The notes under the pieces were generated by a model, which saw only the letters and a program-made list of their open reading frames with translations, was not told the DNA's origin and searched no databases. The translations under genes were made by a program, and so were the position numbers. 46,091 bases of DNA, taken from contig JAYZAY010000003.1 of NCBI GenBank assembly GCA_036339465.1, positions 1 to 46,091 on the forward strand, written 5' to 3'. Every line of letters starts with the position of its first letter. Positions within the stretch are counted from its first letter, which is position 1. Below, piece by piece: positions 21,361 through 31,961 of the stretch. The DNA comes from Myxococcota bacterium (lineage in GTDB: Bacteria; Myxococcota; XYA12-FULL-58-9; JABJBS01).

Positions 21361-23847
21361 TCACCCAAGAGATCCAGACTCCCTTTTCTTGCTGGGATAA
21401 AATAGCCGTAAGACAGCTGGCGCTAAGATTAAATCCGCCACAAGAGCAAGCCCAATGGTCGTGCTCACCAACACACCGAAACGGGCAATACTAATCAGCT
21501 GTGCAAAAACCTGGCTACCCATCCCCGCAATCAGAACAATACTGGTGATCACAATCGCCCGACCTCCATGCTTGAGAGCTTCTGTGATCGCAGCCTCCGT
21601 ATCAGTATCGTTTTCGTAATGTGCTTTAAAATGGTGCAAGAAATGGATGGTATCATCAACACATATCCCAATGGCGATCGAAAACACCATCAATGTGGAC
21701 ATATCCAATGGCATATCGGCCATCACCATGACCGACAACAACATCACTATGGGTACCAAATTCGGAACCATCGCGACGAGTCCCATTTTTAGATCCCGAA
21801 AAAGAAACACAAGCATGACTGTGATCACCAAAAAGGCCAAACCGAAACTCCGAACAAGGTCTCTCACCAAAGCACCAATCGTTGAGAGAAGAGAATACAC
21901 CACACCGGTGGTTCGAACCTCCCCCGGGACAAATAACTCGGCTATATCTTCGGCAATGGCATCGGCCAATGGCTGGTACTCGGTGGCAGGCAACCAGTGT
22001 AAGCTGAATTGCATTTTCGTCTTTGAGAGATCTGCGGTCGCAATCTGTCGGAGCTGATCTGGCCCTACATTTTCAAAGAGGAAAAGAATATCACTTAGGG
22101 CGCGTTCCGTATCAGGAATTTTGTAGAACGAAACATCACCCCCATGCAGGGCCTGGTTGGTTTCCCTGATAATATCAAGAATCCCTGAAGAATTTGTAAC
22201 CAGTGGTTTCGTCCACCCTTCATGTTTATATGAGAGGATACGTTCTTCGAGAACCTCCAATCGTTTGATAAAATCGAGGTTCCTCAAACCCCGCTTCGAC
22301 TTGGGCGTCACCATCAAAAGGATGGGTGCGGTTCCACCAAGGTTGGTGTCGATGGTTTGGAAACCCGCCTTGACTTCCAAATCATCACTGAGCCAACTTA
22401 AGGGATCATGACTGACCTTAATAAATTGTGCCGAGTAAGAGGAAGCAGCCACGACCAAACTCCCCATCACCAGTGTCACCTTCAATCGGCGATTGGCATC
22501 TCTTCGAAAACACGCCCCACCTCCGAAAGGTCGCCTCAAGGTTCCCGAAAGGCGATTGCAAAAAACCAATAGCCCATCCAAAAAATCGAAACCGCGCTGA
22601 GAATCTCGTGCGCCCAACAAACTTGTCTTATTCCACGATAACATCACAGGCAGAACCAATATCGTCACAAAAAAAGCGCCAAAAATGCCAAAGGCGGCGG
22701 CAGTTCCAAGCTCACAGATAGCATCGAGCGATGCGAGTCTGAATGAGAATAGTCCCACAGCTGTGGTCAAAGTCGTAAAAAGCATGGGCAGGCCAGTAAT
22801 ACCTACAGCGCTCACAATAGCCTGGTGGTTGTGCACACCCTTCTTCCGAAGATCCCGATACACCGACTGTAGGTGAACAGAGTCACCCACACAAACAATC
22901 ACAAGAAACGCAGGGAGAACCGACGACAAACCGTTTAGGGTGTAGCCCATTGCAGCCACAAAGCCTAGGGACATGAGCATGGCATAAACAATCACGATGA
23001 TGGGTCCCATTACGCCAATGACGTTCCTAAAAATACAGATAAGAAAGAAAAGAATCATGACCACGGCAAGCGTCGTCAGGCGGGTGGTGTCTGAAATATT
23101 AAGTTCGTTGAGTGTCGTACCAAGCGAGGGCACCCCCGTAAGCCATATCTTGAATCCGTCGCCACGATATCGGGAAACGGCCTCCTTTAGCTTATGGTGC
23201 ACCTTGGTTGTTTTCTCTGACTCAAATATTTCGGTCTGAACAATGATGGTGGTGTAGCGCCCCGTGATATCGACGAGATGTCCCACATATTGATGGTTCA
23301 TTAGGATCCTTTGCCGCACATCGCTGAGATCACCGATATCGGGCCAGGCATCGAGGGGCGTCCCCACCACAATACCATCCTCGGTTGGACGGGTTTCACG
23401 TACCGTAAATAGCGAGGTGGTGCCGCGAATAAGAGTGCCGCCTTCTTCACCCACCCACGGATCTTCTTCACTCTCCCAAAAACTCGAATCCCCCCCTGAA
23501 AAACCAATATCTATTTTCCCGATGTCTTCCTCAAGCGATTTCAATTTTCTCAAGAACGGTTTGGAGAATACGTCTCCTTCAATAAGAACCACAAAAAGAT
23601 CATCGCGACCAAATGTCTCGCGAACTTCCTGTAGGGCAACAATTGCCTCCGAATTTCTGTTGGAAAAAACCTCAGGACGATTATCAAACTCAAGGCCTTC
23701 TGTGGTAATAACCAAAACAGCGACGACAGCCAATCCAGCGGCCAGGATTATGGTAATAAGTCGATGGCTAAGCACCCACTGTGCCAAAGCAGCAAATCGT
23801 GGGTTTAGGGTATTCTGGTCAAGATCGCTTTCTAAATTTTCGCCCAT
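21361..23847 (-). CDS. MMPL/RND superfamily exporter (HAE3-like)
   Basis: 828 aa with two repeats of one TM, an extracytoplasmic loop and five TMs; motifs VGDSVHL and IAIGICVDDTIHFL. Confidence 0.9.
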   Translation of the reverse strand: MGENLESDLDQNTLNPRFAALAQWVLSHRLITIILAAGLAVVAVLVITTEGLEFDNRPEVFSNRNSEAIVALQEVRETFGRDDLFVVLIEGDVFSKPFLRKLKSLEEDIGKIDIGFSGGDSSFWESEEDPWVGEEGGTLIRGTTSLFTVRETRPTEDGIVVGTPLDAWPDIGDLSDVRQRILMNHQYVGHLVDITGRYTTIIVQTEIFESEKTTKVHHKLKEAVSRYRGDGFKIWLTGVPSLGTTLNELNISDTTRLTTLAVVMILFFLICIFRNVIGVMGPIIVIVYAMLMSLGFVAAMGYTLNGLSSVLPAFLVIVCVGDSVHLQSVYRDLRKKGVHNHQAIVSAVGITGLPMLFTTLTTAVGLFSFRLASLDAICELGTAAAFGIFGAFFVTILVLPVMLSWNKTSLLGARDSQRGFDFLDGLLVFCNRLSGTLRRPFGGGACFRRDANRRLKVTLVMGSLVVAASSYSAQFIKVSHDPLSWLSDDLEVKAGFQTIDTNLGGTAPILLMVTPKSKRGLRNLDFIKRLEVLEERILSYKHEGWTKPLVTNSSGILDIIRETNQALHGGDVSFYKIPDTERALSDILFLFENVGPDQLRQIATADLSKTKMQFSLHWLPATEYQPLADAIAEDIAELFVPGEVRTTGVVYSLLSTIGALVRDLVRSFGLAFLVITVMLVFLFRDLKMGLVAMVPNLVPIVMLLSVMVMADMPLDMSTLMVFSIAIGICVDDTIHFLHHFKAHYENDTDTEAAITEALKHGGRAIVITSIVLIAGMGSQVFAQLISIARFGVLVSTTIGLALVADLILAPAVLRLFYPSKKRESGSLG

Positions 23848-24737
23848 AAGAGTTGCCTTAGCTTCTTGTCTACAAGACTGCTATAAGATTATCCACACCG
23901 CATCGATGCTGCAAAAAAAAATCCAGTCGTTCAACGCGCAGATAGAAACCTAGAGTAACTAGAATTCTCCGGGCTCAGATCGTTGCATTGGATTCTCCCA
24001 TCAGAACCTAGACACCGCCCTCTTGCTGGTCATTTCAAACTACTTTTACTTCCAATTTCCAGTCCGCCATAATCGCGCATAGCCATTCCCACAACACGAA
24101 AAATGCATTTTAGCTCGAAATAGAGCAACCGAAGCCCCATTATGCACACACAAAGCCAGCCACCAAACAGTTCACTCTTCAAAAGAGTAGACCAATCCGT
24201 CGACCTGTCTCAAAGAGCGCCACACATACTCAAAGACAATGCCAACTCCAAATACAAAGACCTCAAAAGCTAGGCCAACACCGACAACAAACCAACCGAT
24301 ACGTCCTTGACCCTTGGAGGCGCGGCCCTAGCACTAAGTTCTGGTCACTCTAGGATTTTTCGGTCATGCCAAGTGCCCAGGATGTCTGGTTTCAATTGGG
24401 TATCAGCCCAGCTACCGTGGGTATGAGATGCTCTACCAAATCCTAAAAAAACCGTTACTTGGGTTCTGATTGGGGCGCTTCTGAATTCGCCGATAGATCG
24501 GTTGTACTCTCAAAGATTTTAGTCAGTTTTGCGGAACGACCGGCTTCCATATGGAGTTCTCCAATATTGACACTCAAACAGTGGGCGTTTGTTCCCAATA
24601 CGCATTCCTTGAGACCGTGGGACTCTTTCGACGCGGGTTCGAATCAGGCAGAACAACGAATGGTGTCTGTTGATTTACATCCGTTCTTCCGCCCTTTTCC
24701 AATGTTTGTCGTGAGACATCCTTCGAACAATTCTCTC

Positions 24738-24770
24738 AAAAAAAAAAGGGGGGGCTCAAGGCCCCCCTTT
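24738..24770 (-). terminator. Rho-independent terminator downstream of the 591-aa gene
   Basis: Minus strand reads AAAGGGGGGC-CTTGA-GCCCCCCC followed by a 10-nt T run, 5 bp after the stop codon. Confidence 0.9.
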
Positions 24771-24775
24771 GTGGA

Positions 24776-26551
24776 TTAACCACCTATCTTGCGAATCACC
24801 GCCATCGCTGTGTCGTTGATCATCTTGGAAATATTGGACATAAGCTGAAGGGTTTGCTGCTGCTTTTGTAACCAGTTCTGCAAATCCAGATTCGCAAGCT
24901 GAGCATCATCTCCCATGGTATTCAGCTTCGTTTCCAGATACTTTTGGTAACTCTCAAGCTCACTCACGGTGTTTGCAGAGTCTCCTATTTCAAACCCAGT
25001 CCCCTGCCCGTTCTCCTTGGCAACCGCACGCTTCGCCGCCCTTTGAGCCATGGGGGAATCGGAGTGCATATCAGCCAACTTCTCAGCAGAGTAGAGGGGG
25101 ACTTCCACCTTTTCACTTTTCTCCGCCTTGATGGTAATTTGCACTGCACCCAGGTCATAGCCACCTCGGCCGTTACCTTCAGCATCATCACTATTGAGCC
25201 ATGCCTCTACTTGTTTAACCGCGTAGCGACTCGCTTCACTCAAGAAACTCTCGAAACTTTGTCCTGCGTCAGTCTTCCTTACCCTAAGAGGCTCATGGTC
25301 ATTTTCCCATTTCTCATCGCTACGCTCACCTCCACCATCAACCTCTGTAACGTTCATATCAAATGCTAAACCACTCTTTTCGATATTCTTGCGAAATACT
25401 TCTTTCTCTGCATTTGACAAGTCCCGGTAGTATTGAAGTAGCTGGCTTTCTGAATCTTTCATCGCATCTTCCAAGGCTTCAATACTGGTAGCCTCACCAC
25501 CATTCCACTCCTTGCTCGCAAAGTCCTTCGCCGGTAGTCCCCCTCCTATTTTCGTCTTATCTTTGTCGGCCAAGTAAGATTGGTTTGCAGACTCCTCTAA
25601 ATCGCGCGGAGCCTGTGCGATTCGTAGACCTTCAGCTCGCCTTTCTTTGGCTTCTTCACTCCTCACTCCTTCAACCATCTCCTGAATATCCCCTTCGCCG
25701 TAGTATTTACCATCCACGTTGTCGGTTGGGTAAGGCGAAATCTCGTCTTCGTCCTTCGCTCCCGCATATTGGGAAAGATGGTCGTTCACCCCTTGGAGTT
25801 TCTCACGAACCTCCTTCTTCTTTTCGTTGAAGAACTGCACCTTTTTCGCATAATCAATGAGACTGTTGGTGGTCTCCATATAAGACTCTCTCAACACCCA
25901 CTGCACAAACGCAATGGGATCCACAGGATAACTCTCTCCACAAAATTCACGAAGTTGTTTTCGAGCGACATTGCCTTCCGGCGCCGTAGCGGCTTGTCTT
26001 AATCTAGACAACAAACCATGCTTACCAATATTTGAGTGAAACATGGATCTCACATTCAAATAACCCATGTCCGCAAAGGCTTCGCGGGTTCCTCGTAGTT
26101 GCTCCACAGACCATACAGACTGTGCTGCATCCACTTTAGGCAGAAGCTTTGTACCCACCGCTTCTGGGTCCAAAGTCAACCCCTCTTGAACCAACCCGCT
26201 CAAAAGGCGGGCATCCTTCAACTTAGCCCCGGCATCAAGTGCCAAATCGACATCACCAAAATCCGAAATCTCGCCGGACTGAACCAGTTTTCCACCCACC
26301 TTAGCGGCTTCGAGTAAACGGTTTATAACCCCTTTCTGAGGTGCATCCTCAACCGCCAAAGGCTCCACTGGCTTGGCAGCACTGGTACCCTTGGTCGTTA
26401 CAAAGCTATCGTTTGGATTCACTGGAACAACAGGCTTGAGGCACTGTGGATGCTCTTTAGCCATGTCGGCAAGACCGGGGACATCTTTGCCTAGGGGAGA
26501 GAAATTACCGATATTCTTAAAGTTAAGAGCTGGGATGGAAGACATGGGCAA
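24776..26551 (-). CDS. Hypothetical secreted coiled-coil protein with a T3SS tip-filament/needle-like C-terminus (Bsp22/EspA/SctF-like)
   Basis: Central helix DPIAFVQWVLRESY...YAKKVQFFNEKKKEVR; C-terminus LETKLNTMGDDAQLANLDLQNWLQKQQQTLQLMSNISKMINDTAMAVIRKIGG; no Sec signal peptide. Confidence 0.55.
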   Translation of the reverse strand: MPMSSIPALNFKNIGNFSPLGKDVPGLADMAKEHPQCLKPVVPVNPNDSFVTTKGTSAAKPVEPLAVEDAPQKGVINRLLEAAKVGGKLVQSGEISDFGDVDLALDAGAKLKDARLLSGLVQEGLTLDPEAVGTKLLPKVDAAQSVWSVEQLRGTREAFADMGYLNVRSMFHSNIGKHGLLSRLRQAATAPEGNVARKQLREFCGESYPVDPIAFVQWVLRESYMETTNSLIDYAKKVQFFNEKKKEVREKLQGVNDHLSQYAGAKDEDEISPYPTDNVDGKYYGEGDIQEMVEGVRSEEAKERRAEGLRIAQAPRDLEESANQSYLADKDKTKIGGGLPAKDFASKEWNGGEATSIEALEDAMKDSESQLLQYYRDLSNAEKEVFRKNIEKSGLAFDMNVTEVDGGGERSDEKWENDHEPLRVRKTDAGQSFESFLSEASRYAVKQVEAWLNSDDAEGNGRGGYDLGAVQITIKAEKSEKVEVPLYSAEKLADMHSDSPMAQRAAKRAVAKENGQGTGFEIGDSANTVSELESYQKYLETKLNTMGDDAQLANLDLQNWLQKQQQTLQLMSNISKMINDTAMAVIRKIGG

Positions 26552-26626
26552 ACTCCGTGGTAGGTAGATTGTGTATCAGTTAGATGGCGCGCCTTCTTGG
26601 TGCGTCGCCACCGTTGTTCCTAAGAT

Positions 26627-26642
26627 TGCAGAGACCGTGCCA
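26627..26642 (-). promoter_or_regulatory. Sigma54 (-24/-12) promoter
   Basis: Minus strand TGGCACGGTCTCTGCA (GG-N10-GC; consensus TGGCACG-N4-TTGCW), 75 bp upstream of the ATG at 26551. Confidence 0.7.
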
Positions 26643-26943
26643 ACCCCACTGGACCATTGGCCCCAAGACACTCAGTTGAGTGCCCCCCCCAAGAAAAGTT
26701 CGGTCCCAGGGTCTCAACGGCGTTATCTCATCGCAGCAAACCGCCATAAAGGCACGTATTTATAGCACTTTTCAGAAAAAATAGGCGATAAAGCACCGAC
26801 CCACCTCTAGAGACACTCTAAAAATCGCCCCTAAAAATCCCTTCATTGGGCCCCAAAAGCACCGAACGACCCAAAACGCGCGTGGACCCTTAAACGGAAC
26901 ACTGAACGGTTCAATGGTCTCGATTCAAGGGTTGCCCCCCCCG

Positions 26944-26980
26944 ATTCCGGTTGCTGGGCATTCCGGTTGCTGGGCATTCC
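26944..26980. repeat. 16-bp tandem repeat ATTCCGGTTGCTGGGC x2.3
   Basis: Exact copies at 26944 and 26960, plus a partial copy. Confidence 0.85.
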
Positions 26981-27421
26981 AAACCACCTTTTCTTCTCAT
27001 ATACACGCCACCCATAATCGCTCACGACTTTCCCGGTCTTTTGGAGGCAGGCGGGTCGCATATTGGAAAACAATACACCGCCTTTTGTATTCGACATAAA
27101 CTGGTAGGCGCTGAGATGTAGATTTGGGGAGATAACGCGTTTACGGGATTAGAGTGAAGCCGATAAAACTGCTCCGCCCTCTCTTTAGGTGTGGCGGAGC
27201 CATAAATGGGTGCTAAATGACCAAACACCCAAAGCAGACCTAACCTCAGATGCAATTCAATCGGCCATCTCCGTCTGAAGGCTCAAGAAGGTCCGTGTTT
27301 GTTGCTATGCACTCGAGCGCCCACAAGTAGCCCAGCTGATGCGCCTTATATAATTTCTGAGCACCTATTTATTGCCCCAGCCGATACCTGCTTTAGGTTA
27401 ACCCACCCACGGAAAAACAAA

Positions 27422-28270
27422 ATGAAAATAGACTTACTATTACGATGGAAACTGAAAAGTCGGATTCACGCATTCATCTTGATCATTGGCTCGCTGGCAA
27501 TGGTCCCCTGGGTCATTCAGCATGACATGGTCTGGGGAGCGACGTGGCGGTTATTGATTTTACTGCTGGTGCACCAACACTTATTGGCCCTTTCTCATCG
27601 TCTTTTATGGCACAATCCACCTGCCGTTTTAAAAATATCCCGAGCCTTTAAACTCTTTATTGAGGGCTTCATCACTCTTTCCTATATTGAAGGTCCGGAG
27701 TGTGTTCGCGCAGTCCATAACACAACCCAGGCATCCCAGAACTGTGAAGAGGGATGTCTCTCGGAGGCCGTGCTTTGGTTTAGCCCCCAATACCTCAACA
27801 TCAAGGACGACTCCTTCATTTCGTGGACCTATATCCTAAAGCATGTAGCCATCCAGGCAGGTATTTATGCCCTTGTGTTCTCCTGGTTTCCTTCTCTGGA
27901 GATGGGCACACAACTCTGGTGGGTTTTAATCCTTTTTCATTTACCCATTATCTCCAGAGTGTTGTTTTATCAGGGACACCACTTCTTGCATCACAGTAAG
28001 GAATCGCTCTTCTATTTAAAAAAGCAGAATTTCACTTCGGGCCCCTATGTGCGTCAAGCCTACAATCTGCACCTACGGGGGCCAAAGTCTGTTTCAAAAT
28101 ACCTTTTGGGCTTGCTCTATCTCGGTGACCATCTGCATAATAATCACCATAATGATCCCAACGCCCTCTATCAGGCTTACGATCCATCCGAACTCGACGG
28201 AACCTGTTTTTACTATTTCGTTTTAGACCACGTGGGATTGATCACAATTAAAAAGGAGATAGCGCGATGA
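27422..28270 (+). CDS. Membrane fatty-acid desaturase-like protein (divergent)
   Basis: TM segments; His boxes SHRLLWH and GDHLHNNHH..P; ELDGT tail like delta-9 desaturases. The start is placed at ATG 27422. Confidence 0.65.
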   Translation: MKIDLLLRWKLKSRIHAFILIIGSLAMVPWVIQHDMVWGATWRLLILLLVHQHLLALSHRLLWHNPPAVLKISRAFKLFIEGFITLSYIEGPECVRAVHNTTQASQNCEEGCLSEAVLWFSPQYLNIKDDSFISWTYILKHVAIQAGIYALVFSWFPSLEMGTQLWWVLILFHLPIISRVLFYQGHHFLHHSKESLFYLKKQNFTSGPYVRQAYNLHLRGPKSVSKYLLGLLYLGDHLHNNHHNDPNALYQAYDPSELDGTCFYYFVLDHVGLITIKKEIAR

Positions 28271-29031
28271 TTTTAATCACTGGAGCAAGTAGCGGGATTG
28301 GCGAAGCCTGCGCATTAAAATTTGCCGCCATGGGTCACGACCTATTCTTATGCGCGCGAAGACTTGAAAGACTTAAAAGCTTGCAAACGAAGATAAAAGA
28401 CCAACACAGCTCTTTATCGGTGCAAATAGCGCAAGTGGATGTAGCCTCAGCAAAGAGCTGCGCTGACTTTTTCACCCAATATTCCGAGAAACTGCGTCAG
28501 GTCTCTGTTCTTATCAACAACGCAGGATTGGCCCGAGGCTTAACAACCTTTCAAGACTCTACCTTTGCAGAATGGGATGAGATGATTGACACCAACATTA
28601 AGGGTGTCCTCCGCTTTACTCATGGAATTCTTCCTTACTTCCTAGAAAAAAGCTCCGGGCATATCATTAACCTTGGCTCGGTTGCCGGGCTTTACACTTA
28701 CCCCAAGGGGCATGTTTATAACGCCTCAAAATTTGCTGTGCATGCGTTCACCGAGAGTCTACGATTAGACCTGGTAGGGAGTGGGATTCGTGTTTCAGAG
28801 GTTTTGCCCGGAATGGTGGAAACCGAATTCAGCGAGGTAAGACTCAAGGACGAAGCGAAGGCCCGTGCTGTTTACCAGGGTATGACCCCATTGTATGCCG
28901 GTAACATTGCCGAATCGGTGGCGTTTATCGCCAGTCAGCCCCCACACGTGAATATCCAGGGCTTAGTCATCTATCCAACAGACCAGGCCTCGCCCAGGGA
29001 TGTTCATCGGGAACAATCGCTGATTCCCTGA
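28267..29031 (+). CDS. SDR oxidoreductase, YdfG-like NADP-dependent 3-hydroxy acid dehydrogenase
   Basis: TGASSGIG, NNAGLARG, MIDTNIKG, YNASK, PGMVETEFS.VR, QPPHVNI; ATGA overlap with the desaturase gene. Confidence 0.85.
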   Translation: MILITGASSGIGEACALKFAAMGHDLFLCARRLERLKSLQTKIKDQHSSLSVQIAQVDVASAKSCADFFTQYSEKLRQVSVLINNAGLARGLTTFQDSTFAEWDEMIDTNIKGVLRFTHGILPYFLEKSSGHIINLGSVAGLYTYPKGHVYNASKFAVHAFTESLRLDLVGSGIRVSEVLPGMVETEFSEVRLKDEAKARAVYQGMTPLYAGNIAESVAFIASQPPHVNIQGLVIYPTDQASPRDVHREQSLIP

Positions 29032-30903
29032 AGATCACTTAAGAACATCACGCGCCACAATTCAACAGACCTGCCCCCGAAAACAATGAAGCCGTGCGAG
29101 CCCGCTCTCTGTGACATGTAAAACACATTGCTTAGACGCTGTTTCAAAATAAAAACTATAACGCCCCCCGAAATCACGGCTACTCGCGGTGGTTGATAAG
29201 CAGCATGGCCCACGCCTTTAGCGCGTGCTGAGACTGCAAACCACCGGCAAACAAGACATACACCCACCGTAGAGTAAGCCTCCTAAGCGAATTCAACTGT
29301 TAGTGGAGAGTTAATACTCCATAAAGAGTTCAGTGTCCTCTCCAAGCCGGAGAAACACTCAAATCCACCTCCGAAATGATGGCCGCATTTCAGTGCGCTT
29401 GCCGGGGACACTCAAATACCAGGTAATCGAAATACCTTGAACGCTTAAGAAACGAACCCGATGTAACAACGGTCTAATCATCCAGGTCTAATCATCCAGA
29501 GTCATTTAATTCTCGCGAATCAGCGTGAATCAGTCTCACATTACCAAACTTTCCTCGACCTCATTCACCGAATTAACCCATCCTCGGTGGCCAGTCGATC
29601 CCCACCGCCTTCTACTATGAACACCGTCCACTAAACACTTCACCCTGGACACGAACAAACCGATCCATAACCCGATCTCAAAAGATCGTCACCCATACTC
29701 AAAGTGGATTTACTTCAATATCGGAGGTTTAGTTTCGGAGAAGTCCCAGAAAGACCCAAATGCCTTAGTATCTTCCGAATCAGCGCCCCTGAATGATAAA
29801 CACCGCGTTGGTCATGCGGCCCTTGCATTTGGATCGCTTGAAAACGTCAGTTTCAAATACCCGCGCATTAACCGGTGCCAAGCCACGCGCTTTTGGCTGC
29901 AACGCCTGGCGCACTCCCTCCCCTCCCCTCCCCTCCTTTAAATTTGAATCCTTTCGCGACCACAAATTTATGAATCTCTTTTTTCAAGACTGGTGCCGGG
30001 TGTGGCCACCTCCTCCTTACGAAAGGAGCCCATTTTAACGCAGCAGACGCTACACACACTGGCTGTTTGAATGGCCTGGAGACTAAGTCGAATTCAGTCC
30101 TTGGGATGCCTTTCTACGCTGAACTGAATACTGGCTAGGTCCTCACAGTTTTTGGCGACCAAAAGCCTTATACAACCACGGCATTTTTGGTACATCCTTG
30201 GCCAAGAGTGTCGGAGCACCTTGCGAACCCCTACGGTAACTTTGGCTAATATCAAAACAAGCCGTCAAGGGCTTCTCCCTTTAAAGGTCGCCAGACCAAT
30301 CCAATTTTTCTTTTAGTAGAGGAGCCACCGCCCTCCTTTCTTGATTTCATAATATATTTGGTTTGGGCTTTTCCCAAGCACTGCCCCGCCGTAGCGACAC
30401 CAGTTAGGTAACCATAGAAATCGTGTGGTGGAACTATATTATCAAAGCGCTAGGTTCAGAACCGCGATTGCTCGTCAACATCCTTGCCCCCTACACCGGC
30501 ATGAAAAAAATAGATGATGTCACTTCATCGCCAAACTTCACAGTGGATCCGTATGATTTTAGGACTTACGTATTAGGGGAAATAAGATCTAGATAATAAG
30601 ATAGTCTTTGGCTGTCCAAGCCGGAAAAACGCGAAAGCTGTTTAAGAAATCCCAAAAACAAAAAGCCTTCAAAGCTACTTTAGGTGTCGATATCAACACA
30701 GCCACGGAGAAAGATCATTAAAATACGCCGATAACCAGCGATTATCCCTAAACTTAAATAAGTTCACTGCTAACATAGGCTGGATGTTTTCTTGCTAAAG
30801 ATAAGCGGTAAACATACAGTTAGGGTAAGTAGGCCAGATGGCCGCTTAACCTATCTGTTTTAGCTTTGCGTGAAGCTCGAACGGAAAAAAGCCGGAGGGT
30901 AGT

Positions 30904-31959
30904 ATGTCTTACACTGCGACTAAGATTGTCCAGATATTTGGAAACACAAGCCATAAAAACACTTTACTGCAAGCTGAAGGTAAAATCATCCCGGCTGCCA
31001 CCCGAGAGAGGCGCGGAAAAGTTAGCGCAAGAGTGTGGCAAGTCCAAGACCTGCCAAAAATAGGTAAGCACTACGGCTGGCTGCCAAATAACCTAGAAGA
31101 GCCGGTGGCACTCTCGGTTTTTTCATCCAAAGGGGGCTCCTACAAAACAACCCTGGCAACGACGCTCGCGAGGTCCGCCGCCCTTAACGCTATCCCCACT
31201 TGCCTCGTGGGACTAGATTACCAAATGGATGCCACAAGATTCTTCGGCTTCGACTCACAAATTGAAGACAATAATGAGGACCTAGACCTCGAAGATCTAA
31301 GCACGCAACTTGTTGAATTTAAGGGACTTCATGACTTCTACTCAAGCCCCACAAAGACATCCCTAAGCGACATCATTCAGCCCGTAGATGATTTCGGAGG
31401 AATGCTCTCAATCGTGCCTGAGTCTTCCAAGCTAAGTAGCCTAGACATGCAGCTTGCCTCACAAACCCTTCGGGAATTTTGGCTTAGAGATAACATCATC
31501 AACCCGCTTAAGGAACGATTCAAACTCATCATTATTGACTGCAGCCCAAGCTGGAACTTACTCACTGCAAATGCCCTTGCTGCGAGTGATCTAATGGTCT
31601 CACCGCTAGAATGCCAAATTAACCATTGGCGCGGATTTACTGACTTTCAAACATACATAACGAACTTCAGGGCCAAAATAGGGCTAAACTACCCCGTGGT
31701 CTACGTTCCAACTAAGCTCGACACGCGCCGGAAAATAAGCAGCCAGATCCACCGCTGGTACCTAAATGAAATCGGGCCTGCCTGCACCACCACAGCCATC
31801 AAAAATTCAAGTAAAATCGAGGAAGCGGCGGCCAGCGGTCTCTCAATTTTCGAGCACGCTCCCCTAGCCCCGGCCTCGACCATGTTTCGAGATTTAACCC
31901 TCGAAATCTGGAATTATCTCCCTGCTCAAAACCCCGGCAAGCAACGACGAGATAACTAG
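30904..31959 (+). CDS. parA: ParA-family partition ATPase with an N-terminal extension (type Ia-like)
   Basis: Deviant Walker A SKGGSYKTT, A' motif GLDYQMDAT, Walker B IIIDCSPS, NALAASD; about 65-aa N-terminal HTH-like extension; GGAGG RBS. Confidence 0.9.
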   Translation: MSYTATKIVQIFGNTSHKNTLLQAEGKIIPAATRERRGKVSARVWQVQDLPKIGKHYGWLPNNLEEPVALSVFSSKGGSYKTTLATTLARSAALNAIPTCLVGLDYQMDATRFFGFDSQIEDNNEDLDLEDLSTQLVEFKGLHDFYSSPTKTSLSDIIQPVDDFGGMLSIVPESSKLSSLDMQLASQTLREFWLRDNIINPLKERFKLIIIDCSPSWNLLTANALAASDLMVSPLECQINHWRGFTDFQTYITNFRAKIGLNYPVVYVPTKLDTRRKISSQIHRWYLNEIGPACTTTAIKNSSKIEEAAASGLSIFEHAPLAPASTMFRDLTLEIWNYLPAQNPGKQRRDN

Positions 31960-31961
31960 TA

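Noticed and set aside
20850..21494. 214-aa plus-strand ORF
   Set aside because: It overlaps both the protease and the RND gene, and its composition is not protein-like.
23889..23897. Perfect DnaA box TTATCCACA
   Set aside because: It is a single isolated intergenic copy with no cluster, which is not enough to call oriC.
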